Below, one piece after another: positions 43,369 to 52,298 of a stretch of 60,772 bases of DNA. The translations under genes and the position numbers were made by a program. Origin of the DNA: Patescibacteria group bacterium (GTDB taxonomy: Bacteria > Patescibacteriota > Minisyncoccia > UBA6257 > UBA9933); contig JASEIG010000003.1 in assembly GCA_030017615.1 (NCBI GenBank), forward strand, positions 1-60,772, written 5' to 3'. Each line of letters starts with the position of its first letter. Position 1 is the first letter of the stretch. The notes beneath the pieces are model-generated. The model was not told where the DNA came from. It saw only the letters and a program-made list of their open reading frames with translations, and searched no databases.

Positions 43369-43797
43369 TTATTTTTCTATCTTTTCCAATTCTTTGTAAA
43401 CCGTTCCCAAAACCCCATTGACAAATTTTCCGGAATTTTCGCCGCCAAAATTTTTTGCAAGTTCAATCGCCTCGTTTATCGCCACTTTTTCGGGAACTTC
43501 ATTATGGTCGGCGTAAATCAATTCATAAAGCCCTATCCGTAAAACATTTCGATCCACAATCGGAATTTGCTCCAGTGGCCATTGCGGCGCCGCTTTTCTG
43601 ATGATGTCGTCAATTTCTTTTAGATGAGTGATTACGCCGTTTATTAATTTCCACGCAAATTCCGGTTCGTCAATGCCGAGACCAAACTCATTCAAATTTC
43701 TTTCTATCGTTTTAAAAAGGTCTTCTTGATGCTTGTAAAAATCCCATTCGTAAAGAGACTGGAGAATAATGGAACGTATTAAGTGTCTGGTAGCCAT
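43369..43797 (-). CDS. nusB: Transcription antitermination factor NusB
   Basis: [19 protein letters not shown]...; 142 aa all-helical NusB pattern. Confidence 0.85.
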   Translation of the reverse strand: MATRHLIRSIILQSLYEWDFYKHQEDLFKTIERNLNEFGLGIDEPEFAWKLINGVITHLKEIDDIIRKAAPQWPLEQIPIVDRNVLRIGLYELIYADHNEVPEKVAINEAIELAKNFGGENSGKFVNGVLGTVYKELEKIEK

Positions 43798-43851
43798 TTA
43801 AGATTGCTGATTGCTAATTAAAAGATTTAAATTTTGCAATCTTGCAATTAA

Positions 43852-44007
43852 TTATTTATAGGTTCTGCAATTGGGGCAGGTCTTGTGCGGAAGAGTGGGA
43901 TAGGAACAACTCTTGCAAACGCTTACTTTTTTCGGCTTTAACGCCAAATGCGATCGCCTTCTTCCAGTTTTTGATTTTGTGTGTTTTTTCATTGGTACTC
44001 CGCCCAT
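43852..44007 (-). CDS. rpmF: 50S ribosomal protein L32
   Basis: MGGVPMKKHTKSKTGRRRSH...CKSC...CPNC. ATG at 44007 preferred over the track start at 44061. Confidence 0.85.
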   Translation of the reverse strand: MGGVPMKKHTKSKTGRRRSHLALKPKKVSVCKSCSYPTLPHKTCPNCRTYK

Positions 44008-44116
44008 AATTCTTATATTATGAAACTTAGAAACATAAAACTTAAATGTTTCACGTCTCAATTTTCATATTTTATAAATTTAAATCATTATATATTTTCA
44101 ATCTTTTAAAGTCAAT

Positions 44117-44253
44117 CCGATAATAATGCTTTAAAGTTTTTCAGCAAAAGCTGAAAAATAAATTAAAAACAAAGTATATGCAAAAATTAAAAATATCATC
44201 CAAATTCATGATAAATTTATTAAAATTTATTCAATTAAAGTAATGTTACCGGG
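44117..44253 (+). repeat. ~140-nt element with terminal inverted repeats (copy 2, degenerate left arm)
   Basis: ccgataataatgctttaaag ... aattaaagtaatgttaccggg. Internal cagcaaaagctg hairpin at the same position as ccaactaaactgg in copy 1. The 3' 45 nt match 25946-25990. Confidence 0.6.
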
Positions 44254-44275
44254 CTGTTTTCATTAATACTGTTTT

Positions 44276-44286
44276 TGCGGTATAAT
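44276..44286 (+). promoter_or_regulatory. Extended -10 promoter TGCGGTATAAT
   Basis: TGnnnTATAAT-type element ~45 nt upstream of the small ORF at 44333. Confidence 0.4.
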
Positions 44287-44332
44287 TTAACCAGAAAATT
44301 AATTCACTTATAAATTATTATGGGGGTGTGTT

Positions 44333-44494
44333 ATGAGAACCGGAAAAAAGAAGGTTATATGGCCCGGAGAAATATTCAGCATTAAAGACGAAGAAATGAG
44401 AGAGAATACAAAAAAAAGACGGGATTGCGTTAGAAACGTGGGGTGGGGAATAGTTGCGGTGGTAATCATATACTGCCTTATATTATTGATGTAA
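44333..44494 (+). CDS. Small C-terminally TM-anchored protein (53 aa), below the ORF-track cutoff
   Basis: MRTGKKKVIWPGEIFSIKDEEMRENTKKRRDCVRNVGWGIVAVVIIYCLILLM. Preceded by a G-rich SD-like tract and followed by a terminator. Confidence 0.4.
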   Translation: MRTGKKKVIWPGEIFSIKDEEMRENTKKRRDCVRNVGWGIVAVVIIYCLILLM

Positions 44495-44505
44495 AAAAAT
44501 TAATT

Positions 44506-44535
44506 GGAGGGCTTATGCCCTCTTTTTCCTTTTTT
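44506..44535 (+). terminator. Rho-independent terminator
   Basis: gagggc-ttat-gccctc followed by tttttcctttttt. Confidence 0.7.
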
Positions 44536-44640
44536 GGCGAAATTCGTCGAAGCGCTCCTCTGTAATTTTTGAGCTTCAGAGGGTCCGCTATTCGCATTAT
44601 TCACGGGCTGATGGCTGTGGTCTTCTGCGAAAGCAGATAA
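44536..44640 (+). repeat. GC-rich structured repeat element, copy B (3' half only)
   Basis: ggcgaaattcgtcgaagcgctcctctg...cagagggtccgctattcgcattattcacgg...tcttctgcgaaagcagataa. Collinear with the 3' halves of copies A and C. Confidence 0.7.
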
Positions 44641-44687
44641 ATAATAATTGCTTGTTTTGGAGTTTGAGTGTGATAGACTTTAAGCAA

Positions 44688-45707
44688 ATGAATAAAATCA
44701 AAAACAGAAAATTAAACGATAAAGAAGATACTTATTTAGAAACGCTTTTGCGTCCGAGTTCTTGGGATAAATATATTGGGCAAGACAGAATAAAGAACAA
44801 TTTAAAAATAATGATTGAGGCGGCCAAAAAAAGAAAGGATTTACCCGACCATTTGCTTTTTTACGGGCCGCAAGGATTAGGAAAAACCACTCTCGCGCAT
44901 TTAATTGCCAAAGAAATGAATGCCAATTTGCGTGTTACTTCCGGCGTGAATTTGGAAAAATCGGGAGATCTAATCGCCGTTTTGGCCAATTTAGAACCCG
45001 GGGACGTTCTTTTTATAGATGAAACTCACAGAATAAACAGAATGATTGAAGAAATTCTTTATCCGGCTATGGAAAATAGAAAAATACACATTACTGTCGG
45101 AAAAGGTCCGTCCGCCAGAATGCTTGCTTTGGATTTGCCGCCCTTTACTTTAATCGGTGCCACCATCAGAATCAATCTTTTATCAGCTCCTCTTCGCTCT
45201 CGTTTTGGAGCGATTTTTGGGGTTGATTACTACAACACTGACGAAATTCAAAAAATAATTGCGCAATCCGCGAAAATAATCGGAATGGAAATTTCCGACG
45301 ATGCTACCGCGATTTTGGCAATGGCCTCTCGTTTTACCCCGAGAAACGCCAACCGTCTTTTAAAAAGAGTGCGCGATGTTGCCGAAGTAAAAGGGAAAAA
45401 AGCGATTAAAGCGGAAGTTGTGAACGAAACTTTAAGATTGCTTGAAGTGGACAGCTTGGGTTTAGAAAAATGGGATAGAAGATTAATTGAAACTGTCATA
45501 CGAAAATTCAACGGCGGTCCTGTCGGACTTAACACACTTTCGGCTGTTTTGGGCGAAGACAGGGGAGTTATTGAAGAAATACACGAACCGTTCCTTATTA
45601 AAATGGGATTGCTTCAAAAAACTCCTTCTGGTAGAATAGCCACTGCGGATGCCTATGAGCATCTTGAAATTAAAAATGTAAAATCAAAGCGGAAAGCAGC
45701 AGCTTAA
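44688..45707 (+). CDS. ruvB: Holliday junction DNA helicase RuvB
   Basis: LRP..W..YIGQ, Walker A GPQGLGKTTLA, Walker B LFIDETHR. ATG at 44688 preferred over the TTG at 44652. Confidence 0.9.
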   Translation: MNKIKNRKLNDKEDTYLETLLRPSSWDKYIGQDRIKNNLKIMIEAAKKRKDLPDHLLFYGPQGLGKTTLAHLIAKEMNANLRVTSGVNLEKSGDLIAVLANLEPGDVLFIDETHRINRMIEEILYPAMENRKIHITVGKGPSARMLALDLPPFTLIGATIRINLLSAPLRSRFGAIFGVDYYNTDEIQKIIAQSAKIIGMEISDDATAILAMASRFTPRNANRLLKRVRDVAEVKGKKAIKAEVVNETLRLLEVDSLGLEKWDRRLIETVIRKFNGGPVGLNTLSAVLGEDRGVIEEIHEPFLIKMGLLQKTPSGRIATADAYEHLEIKNVKSKRKAAA

Positions 45708-45839
45708 ATTTCAAATTTTATAAATAATTTTCTAAATGTCTTAATTTTAAAAATTTGAAATTATGATTTATTTAAAAATTACAGAATTAAGAATTAAAAA
45801 TTATTTCCATATACATATTGATTTTTAAATTTTTCCAAC

Positions 45840-46535
45840 ATGTTTAATACTTACATTTATCAGCCCTTATTTAATTTTCTTGTTTATATTTACCAACATT
45901 TGTCATTTCACGATTTCGGAATCGCAATTATTGTTTTTACGGTTTTTATCAGAATAATTTTATATCCTCTTTTTTATAAAGGAGCCAAAGACCAGTCTAT
46001 TTTTCAGCAATTGGCACCGAAATTGAAAGAAATCCAGAATAAATACAAAGACGACAAAGAAAAACAAGTGCAGGAAACTATGGCGTTGTATAAAGAATAC
46101 AAAGTCAATCCTTTTTCCCCATTTTTTCTTATCATTATTCAATTGCCGATTTTAATAGCCTTATTTAAGGTTTTTTCAAACGGTATCAGTAAAATTCCGG
46201 AACTTAACCCGCTTTTTTTGGGCGTTGTTAATATAACGAATCCTAATTTTATTATAGTCGCTTTAGCGGCTTTAGCGCAGTATTACCAGTCAAAAATATC
46301 TTTGCCGAAAATAAACAAATCATATAAAAATCTTTCGCCGATGGAAAAAATGAACCGTCAAATGATTTTTTTGGGACCGATTATCACAATAGCGGTTTTA
46401 TTCAGGTTGCCGTCCGCTCTGGCGCTTTATTGGTTGACAACAACTGTTTTTTCGATTATTCAACAAATAATAATCAATAAACATCTGAAACTCAGCGAAA
46501 TTAAAAAAGAAGCTGAAAAGAAAAATAAACAATAA
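45840..46535 (+). CDS. yidC: Membrane protein insertase YidC/Oxa1 (short form)
   Basis: FGIAIIVFTVFIRIILYPL, the ...MALYKEYKVNPF region, five TM segments. Confidence 0.85.
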   Translation: MFNTYIYQPLFNFLVYIYQHLSFHDFGIAIIVFTVFIRIILYPLFYKGAKDQSIFQQLAPKLKEIQNKYKDDKEKQVQETMALYKEYKVNPFSPFFLIIIQLPILIALFKVFSNGISKIPELNPLFLGVVNITNPNFIIVALAALAQYYQSKISLPKINKSYKNLSPMEKMNRQMIFLGPIITIAVLFRLPSALALYWLTTTVFSIIQQIIINKHLKLSEIKKEAEKKNKQ

Positions 46536-46681
46536 ATTTTATGCCCTGTAGTGAAACTGCAATGGTTAGCATATAATCTCAACGGAGTCACTTTGGGCTA
46601 AATGATTGGAATAAATAAAAAATAATTAATTAAAGAGCATAGATTGCCAAAAAAATCGCAATCGCAGTTCTACCACAGAGT

Positions 46682-47110
46682 ATGGAACAACTGGAACAAA
46701 TCATAAAACAGCTGATTGAAAAAATGGGTTTCTCGGATTTTTCCGTCAGCTTTGATTCCGAAGGAAACAGATTCAGTATTTTAATAAACGACGGAGCTTT
46801 TTTGGAAAAATCAATTCCGGATTTTATCGTTGATTTTAACTATCTCATAAAACTGGTGGCTAAAAAATATGATTTAAATCTTGTCATTATTGATATTAAT
46901 AATTACAGGAAGCAAAGGCAGGAATTGATTTTGGAACTTGCCCGCGCCGCCGCCCGAAAAGCCGTTGCTAACAAAAAAGAAATAACCCTGCCCCCGATGA
47001 ACGCTTTTGAAAGAAGGTTGGTGCATATGGAACTTATAGGAAGGCCCGATATAAAAACGGAAAGTGCCGGCGAAGAAAAAGAACGGTGCGTGATAATCAA
47101 ACCGATATAA
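46682..47110 (+). CDS. jag: Jag-like KH/R3H RNA-binding protein
   Basis: R3H motif region PMNAFERRLVHMEL. Conserved position after yidC. Confidence 0.75.
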   Translation: MEQLEQIIKQLIEKMGFSDFSVSFDSEGNRFSILINDGAFLEKSIPDFIVDFNYLIKLVAKKYDLNLVIIDINNYRKQRQELILELARAAARKAVANKKEITLPPMNAFERRLVHMELIGRPDIKTESAGEEKERCVIIKPI

Positions 47111-47198
47111 TTCAACTTTTTAATGCGGATGTTTTTTAACAAACCATGAAAGTTTTGATTAGATTTTGGCAGCAATATAAGCAAATAAAAATATTTAG

Positions 47199-47236
47199 AA
47201 AAAGGCGGATATTTATCCGCCTTTTTTGTTTTTTTA
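47199..47236. terminator. Bidirectional rho-independent terminator (jag / polA convergent)
   Basis: aaaaa-ggcgga-tattta-tccgcc-ttttttgttttttt. Overlaps the polA stop codon. Confidence 0.8.
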
Positions 47237-49414
47237 CGCTTCGCTCCAATTATCGCCAATACGCGCGTTAATTTTTAGGGAAACCTCTAATTTATAAATA
47301 CTCTCCATAGTTTTACTTATAATATTAATGATTTCTTTCAGATTTTCATCGTCTCTAATTTCAAAAATCAATTCATCATGAATTGTTAAAAGCATTTTTG
47401 CGTTTTCTCCCCAAAAATTTTTCTTTTCCAATTCTTGTTTTACTTTTGCCATAGCCATTTTTATGATATCGGCCGCCAAACTTTGAATGGGAAAATTAAT
47501 TGCCATTCTTTCCGCTTCCGATTGAACTCTCGGATTAAACGACAAAATTTCCGGCAACGCCCTTGTTCTGCCGTTTAAATTTTCCACAAATCCTTTCTCT
47601 CTCGCGCGGGTTAAAATTATTTCCTGCCATTTTTTTATTTCCGGGAAATCCTTAAAATATTCTTTTATAAATTTTTTCGCTTCTTCTTGCGGCAATCCGC
47701 TTTGTCGGCCGAACGCTCTCGCGCCCATTCCGTACACAATCCCGAAATTAAGCGTTTTCGCCGTTTTTCTCATCTGCGAAGTAACATTTTCTTCTGAAAC
47801 GTTAAAAATATTGCTTGCCGTCATTTGATGGATATCCAAATCGTTTTCAAACGCGTCAAGCATTTTAGGAACCTGCGCGAGCGATGCCAAAATTCTCAAC
47901 TCTATTTGCGAATAATCAAAAGAAGCCAATTTATATCCTTTATCTGTCACAAAAATTTCGCGAATTGATTCCGGAATGTTTTGGAGATTCGGGTTCTCGC
48001 AGGTAATTCTTCCTGTTAACGCCTTATCTTGCACAAAAGTCGGATGAATTCGCCCGTCTTTTTGCGTCAGTTTTTTAAACGGCTCCAAGCAAGTTGATTT
48101 TAATTTGAATAATTCGCGGTATTTTAAAACGAGGTCGGCAAAAGGAATTTTCCCTCTTATAACAACTAATTTTTCAAAATTAGTTGACTTGATTTTTAAC
48201 CCGAATTTTTCTTTTAAAATTTCAAGGAGTTGTTTCGGCGAATTTATATTAAAAACAACATTGACTTCTTTGTGTATTTTTTTCGTCAATTCCGATAATT
48301 CGCCGTTTATTTTTAATTCCATTTTCTCCAAAACATTTAAATCAATTTTAATGCCCCATTCCTCCATTTCTTTTAAAATCGGCGTCAGCGGCTTTTCAAT
48401 CTCATCTGTGATTTTTTTAGAAGCAACCGGAAAGGAGATTTTAAAAAATGTTTGTTGTCCGCTTTTCTTTGTTTGTCCGTCGCCTGTTTGTCCGTTAAGC
48501 GGAGGTGTTTCTTTTGCGAGTTTTTGCGAAATCCTTTTAATTAGGCTTTGAAATCCCATTTTCGCGAAATAGGAAATCAAATTTTTTGTTGCAACACCCT
48601 CATATTTCAATTCGGAAATGTTTTTTATTTCAACCGGAGCGTCGCAATTAATTGTCGCTAAATGTTTGGAAAGTAAAACTTGTTCTTTATTTTCTAACAC
48701 TTTTAAAATAACATTTCTTTCTTTTTCTGGAATGGAACCCGATATTTCTTTTTCTTTGAATAATTCAAAAATTTTTTCAACACTTTCATATTTTTGAATT
48801 AACATAGTTGCGGTTTTGGGACCGATTCCCTTCACTCCTAAAATATTATCCGATGGATCGCCGACTAATCCTTTATAATCCGGGATTTGATTTGGAGAAA
48901 TCCCATATCTTTGCATAACCGCGTCTTCGTTGTAAATAATAGTTTCGCTCACGCCTTTTTTTAAAGTTTCAACCACAATCTTGTCGTCTTTTACCAGTTG
49001 AAGCGTGTCTAAGTCTCCGGTTAAAATTATTATTTTCAAATCTTTTTCATTTTCCAGTTTGCGCGCCATGACTCCTATTAAATCATCGGCTTCATATCCC
49101 GGCATTTCGTATTTTTTAACTCCGAAAATTTCAAATAAATTTCTGGCCTCAATAAGTTGAGCGACTAATTCGTCCGGCGCTTTCGGCCTGTGGATTTTAT
49201 AATCTTCGTATAATTTTTTTCTAAAAGTTGGTTCCGGCCGGTCAAAAAAAACCGCCGCGTAATCATGCGGGTTTTCTTTGAAAATTTTTAAGAGAATTAT
49301 TGAAAGCCCGTAAATCGCTCCGCTCGGCGCACCGTCTTTATTGGTTAAGTTCGGCAAAGCGTGGAAAGAACGGTGTATTAAAGCGTGCGCGTCTATAAGC
49401 AAAAGAGTTTTCAT
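47234..49414 (-). CDS. polA: DNA polymerase I (5' nuclease plus polymerase; no 3'-5' exonuclease domain)
   Basis: N-terminal 5'-3' exo (LIDAHALIHRSFHA, GIGPKTA). Pol motifs A DYSQIELR, B RKTAKTLNFGIVYG, C HDE. Only ~55 aa link the two modules. Confidence 0.9.
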   Translation of the reverse strand: MKTLLLIDAHALIHRSFHALPNLTNKDGAPSGAIYGLSIILLKIFKENPHDYAAVFFDRPEPTFRKKLYEDYKIHRPKAPDELVAQLIEARNLFEIFGVKKYEMPGYEADDLIGVMARKLENEKDLKIIILTGDLDTLQLVKDDKIVVETLKKGVSETIIYNEDAVMQRYGISPNQIPDYKGLVGDPSDNILGVKGIGPKTATMLIQKYESVEKIFELFKEKEISGSIPEKERNVILKVLENKEQVLLSKHLATINCDAPVEIKNISELKYEGVATKNLISYFAKMGFQSLIKRISQKLAKETPPLNGQTGDGQTKKSGQQTFFKISFPVASKKITDEIEKPLTPILKEMEEWGIKIDLNVLEKMELKINGELSELTKKIHKEVNVVFNINSPKQLLEILKEKFGLKIKSTNFEKLVVIRGKIPFADLVLKYRELFKLKSTCLEPFKKLTQKDGRIHPTFVQDKALTGRITCENPNLQNIPESIREIFVTDKGYKLASFDYSQIELRILASLAQVPKMLDAFENDLDIHQMTASNIFNVSEENVTSQMRKTAKTLNFGIVYGMGARAFGRQSGLPQEEAKKFIKEYFKDFPEIKKWQEIILTRAREKGFVENLNGRTRALPEILSFNPRVQSEAERMAINFPIQSLAADIIKMAMAKVKQELEKKNFWGENAKMLLTIHDELIFEIRDDENLKEIINIISKTMESIYKLEVSLKINARIGDNWSEA

Positions 49415-49435
49415 TGACGATATTATATCACAAAA

Positions 49436-49656
49436 CGAGGCCTTCGCAGGATTACCCCGTAAGTATGGAAGTCAATCTCACGGAGCTTGCTCGCTATTAT
49501 GTAGCCGCTATGGCGAAGCAGGCGCCCGTGGTGCCCCTCATTGCTTTGGCAAAATCCGCTGAAAGCGTCTTCATTTGCTTCCCGAGCTTTGGAAGTTCCA
49601 CTATTCGCATTCATTCATGACCTGACGGCCGCAATTTTCCGCAAAAGCAGATACGC
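49436..49656 (+). repeat. GC-rich structured repeat element, copy C (full length)
   Basis: ctcacggagcttgctcgc...ggcaaaatccgctgaaagcgtcttca...ggaagttccactattcgcattcattcatga...ttttccgcaaaagcagatacgc. Collinear with copy A over ~185 nt. Confidence 0.7.
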
Positions 49657-49697
49657 TGTATTATTTGAGTAATTTTAAATTTAACAGCGCGCGTTTT

Positions 49698-49712
49698 AAT
49701 TGTGGTATAATT
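49698..49712 (+). promoter_or_regulatory. Extended -10 promoter AATTGTGGTATAATT for eno
   Basis: Identical 15-mer at 5506-5520. TATAAT ends 8 nt before the eno ATG, implying a leaderless or near-leaderless mRNA. Confidence 0.45.
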
Positions 49713-49719
49713 TAATCTA

Positions 49720-50922
49720 ATGAAAATAGAAAATATTAATTTAAAAATAATTCCCGATTCGCGCAATCAGGATACTTTGGAAGCGGAAATTCAAACCGAA
49801 ACCGGAGTGTTTAAAGACAGTGTTCCAAGCGGCAAAAGCAAGGGATCGGCTGAAGCGTTTGTTTTGAATCCTGGGAAAGCTTTGGAAAAATTCAATGAGA
49901 TAAAATCCGAAATTTTATCAAAAGATTTTGAAATACAAAAAGAATTTGACGATTTTTTAATCGGTTTGGACGGGACGGATAATAAAAGTAATTTGGGCGG
50001 AAATTTAATTCTGGTATTATCGCTGGCGTTTGCCAGATTTAAAGCGCGAAGCGGGAATCTGGAATTATTTGAATATTTAACATCAATTGCCCAATTACCA
50101 ATTACCAATTACCAATTACCGTACCCTATTTTTAACGTCATAAACGGCGGGGCGCACGCGAAAAATAATCTGGAATTTCAGGAATTTCAGATTATTCCCC
50201 AAGTGAATGATTTTAAAATCGCTTACGATTTTGGGAAAGAATTTTATGAAAAACTCAAAGAGGTTTTGGAAGAAAAATTCGGAATTGAAAATATCTCTCT
50301 CGGCGATGAAGCCGGATTTTCCGCTCCTTTTAAAAACAACGAGGAAGCGCTGAACATTTTGGCGGAACTTATTTTAAAAAATAATTTTCCTTTGCGCATC
50401 GGACTTGATGTCGCCGCAAACGGTTTTTTTAAGGAAAATGCCTATGTTATCGGTGAAAAAAAATTATCCGAAGACGAATTGGCGAATTATTACAAAGAAT
50501 TGATAAAAAAATTCAATATCATTTCCATTGAAGACCCTTTTAATGAAAATGATTTCAACTCATTTGTTAAACTCACTGCAGATTTAAACAAAAGCAACGA
50601 ACTGATTATTACCGACGATTTAACTGCAACAAATCCGAAAAGATTGAAAAAAGCGATTGAAGAAAAATCAGGCAACACTATCTTAATCAAACCCAATCAA
50701 ATCGGAAGCGTTACCGAAACTTTGGAAGTGATAAAAATGGCTTATGAAAATAATTGGCAAACTGTTGTTTCGCACAGAAGCGGGGAAACAATGGATGATT
50801 TTATTTCCGATTTGGCGGCGGCTGTCGGCGCGTGGGGGATTAAAGCCGGCGCTCCCGGAAAACCCGAAAGAATCGCAAAATATGACAGACTTCTGAAAAT
50901 CCAATCCACTATCTCCTTTTGA
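49720..50922 (+). CDS. eno: Enolase (divergent)
   Basis: SVPSGKSKGS..A, NVINGGAHA, IGLDVAA, SHRSGET catalytic loop. Confidence 0.85.
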   Translation: MKIENINLKIIPDSRNQDTLEAEIQTETGVFKDSVPSGKSKGSAEAFVLNPGKALEKFNEIKSEILSKDFEIQKEFDDFLIGLDGTDNKSNLGGNLILVLSLAFARFKARSGNLELFEYLTSIAQLPITNYQLPYPIFNVINGGAHAKNNLEFQEFQIIPQVNDFKIAYDFGKEFYEKLKEVLEEKFGIENISLGDEAGFSAPFKNNEEALNILAELILKNNFPLRIGLDVAANGFFKENAYVIGEKKLSEDELANYYKELIKKFNIISIEDPFNENDFNSFVKLTADLNKSNELIITDDLTATNPKRLKKAIEEKSGNTILIKPNQIGSVTETLEVIKMAYENNWQTVVSHRSGETMDDFISDLAAAVGAWGIKAGAPGKPERIAKYDRLLKIQSTISF

Positions 50923-50973
50923 TAAAAGTTATCCACAATTCCCAATATAAACAAAAAATCGTATAATTTAAAC

Positions 50974-52275
50974 ATGAAAAAACCTCTTTCATCCGTTTCC
51001 GCATTCTCTCTCGTGGAGATGATTATATACACGGGGATTTTGGCCGTAGTCGCGGGATTGTTTGTCGGAATTCTCAGTAATGTTCTTAGAATAAATGTCC
51101 AAGAAAGTTCTGGAAATGAAATTACTTCTCAACTTAATTCTTCAATGAATCTTATTTCCAAATTAGTCAGAGAATCTTCAAATGTGGAAATTGATGTCGC
51201 GACAACCACTTCCATCCTAAAACTTCGGATGAAAGATTCTCAAAAAGACCCCACCTGCGTGTATATTTCAAACGGAATATTAAAGCTCGCTCAAGGACCC
51301 GATTCAATAAATCCTTCAAATTGTTCTTTAGACCCGTCCAAAATATCGGATATCACCACCTCCAAAGTTGTCGCGAACTCGGTTATTTTCAAAAAATTTA
51401 CTTTTTATCCTGGACATGATCAAGTTGCCATAGACCTTCAGATATCTTACAACTCCGACAATCCTCAAGCTAAAATATCCAGAATTCTGCATACCGCGGT
51501 TTCAAGAGTTTCCGCCGCCAACTTTGATTCCAACCTTCTTCCCGGTTCGGATAATATTTTCCAAATAGGATACCCAACCAATCAGCGATGGAAAGATTTA
51601 TATATTTCAAACTCCATAAATGATACGGTATATTTTTCTGGAACTAATATCGGTATTGGGACAAACAGTCCTACAGCAAAACTTCATATTGGAGGCACAG
51701 CAGGAACCGATGGTATTCGTTTTCCTGATGGAACGATGCAAACAACAGCAAGCGGCTCTCTTGTTGGTGAAATTAAGATTTATTCCAGCTCCACAGCTCC
51801 CGCTGGATGGTTGCTTTGTAATGGTTCGGCAGTATCCCGCATAACATATTCCGCATTATTTTCAGTAATCGGAGTTGCTTATGGAGTTGGTGACGGAAGC
51901 ATTACATTTAACCTGCCGGATTTAAGAGGAAGAACGGCAATTGGCGTTGGGCAAGGAACAGGACTCACAAACAGATCTTTGGGACAAAGCATAGGAGAAG
52001 AGTACCACACTCTTTCAGTTTCAGAAATGCCATCCCATAATCATGGAGTAAATGACCCCGGTCATAGACATTATTCCGTGGACGGTAACCCTATTGTTAC
52101 CCAAGTTGGCTACGAAAGCTGGGGACTTCAAAGCGGTGATTTTAAAGTTATAAATAATAACCCATCCTATGTTACACTTAACTACACCGGCATCTCCATT
52201 CAAAACAACGGCGGAGGCAGCGCTCATAATGTAACGCAACCGTCATTGGTTGTAAATTATATTATTAAATATTAA
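50974..52275 (+). CDS. Type IV pilin-like N-terminus fused to a tail-fibre-like segment and a phage tail collar domain
   Basis: Prepilin-type signal SAFSLVEMIIYTGILAVVAG. Mid-region NIGIGTNSPTAKLHIGG. C-terminal GEIKIYSSSTAPAGWLLCNGSAVSRITYSALFSVIG...FNLPDLRGR (collar/MdpB pattern). Confidence 0.65.
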   Translation: MKKPLSSVSAFSLVEMIIYTGILAVVAGLFVGILSNVLRINVQESSGNEITSQLNSSMNLISKLVRESSNVEIDVATTTSILKLRMKDSQKDPTCVYISNGILKLAQGPDSINPSNCSLDPSKISDITTSKVVANSVIFKKFTFYPGHDQVAIDLQISYNSDNPQAKISRILHTAVSRVSAANFDSNLLPGSDNIFQIGYPTNQRWKDLYISNSINDTVYFSGTNIGIGTNSPTAKLHIGGTAGTDGIRFPDGTMQTTASGSLVGEIKIYSSSTAPAGWLLCNGSAVSRITYSALFSVIGVAYGVGDGSITFNLPDLRGRTAIGVGQGTGLTNRSLGQSIGEEYHTLSVSEMPSHNHGVNDPGHRHYSVDGNPIVTQVGYESWGLQSGDFKVINNNPSYVTLNYTGISIQNNGGGSAHNVTQPSLVVNYIIKY

Positions 52276-52298
52276 TTATCAAATTTCGCATTAAAAAT

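Noticed and set aside
44595-44636. Hammerhead-ribozyme-like CUGAUGG ... GAAA in GC-rich element copy B
   Set aside because: The CUGAUGA-like box is not conserved in copies A (CUUUACAG) or C (CUGACGG), and the core is imperfect even in B.
49414-49620. 68-aa (+) and 63-aa (-) ORFs between polA and eno
   Set aside because: Both are open only because they lie in GC-rich repeat copy C. The homologous copies A and B do not preserve either reading frame.
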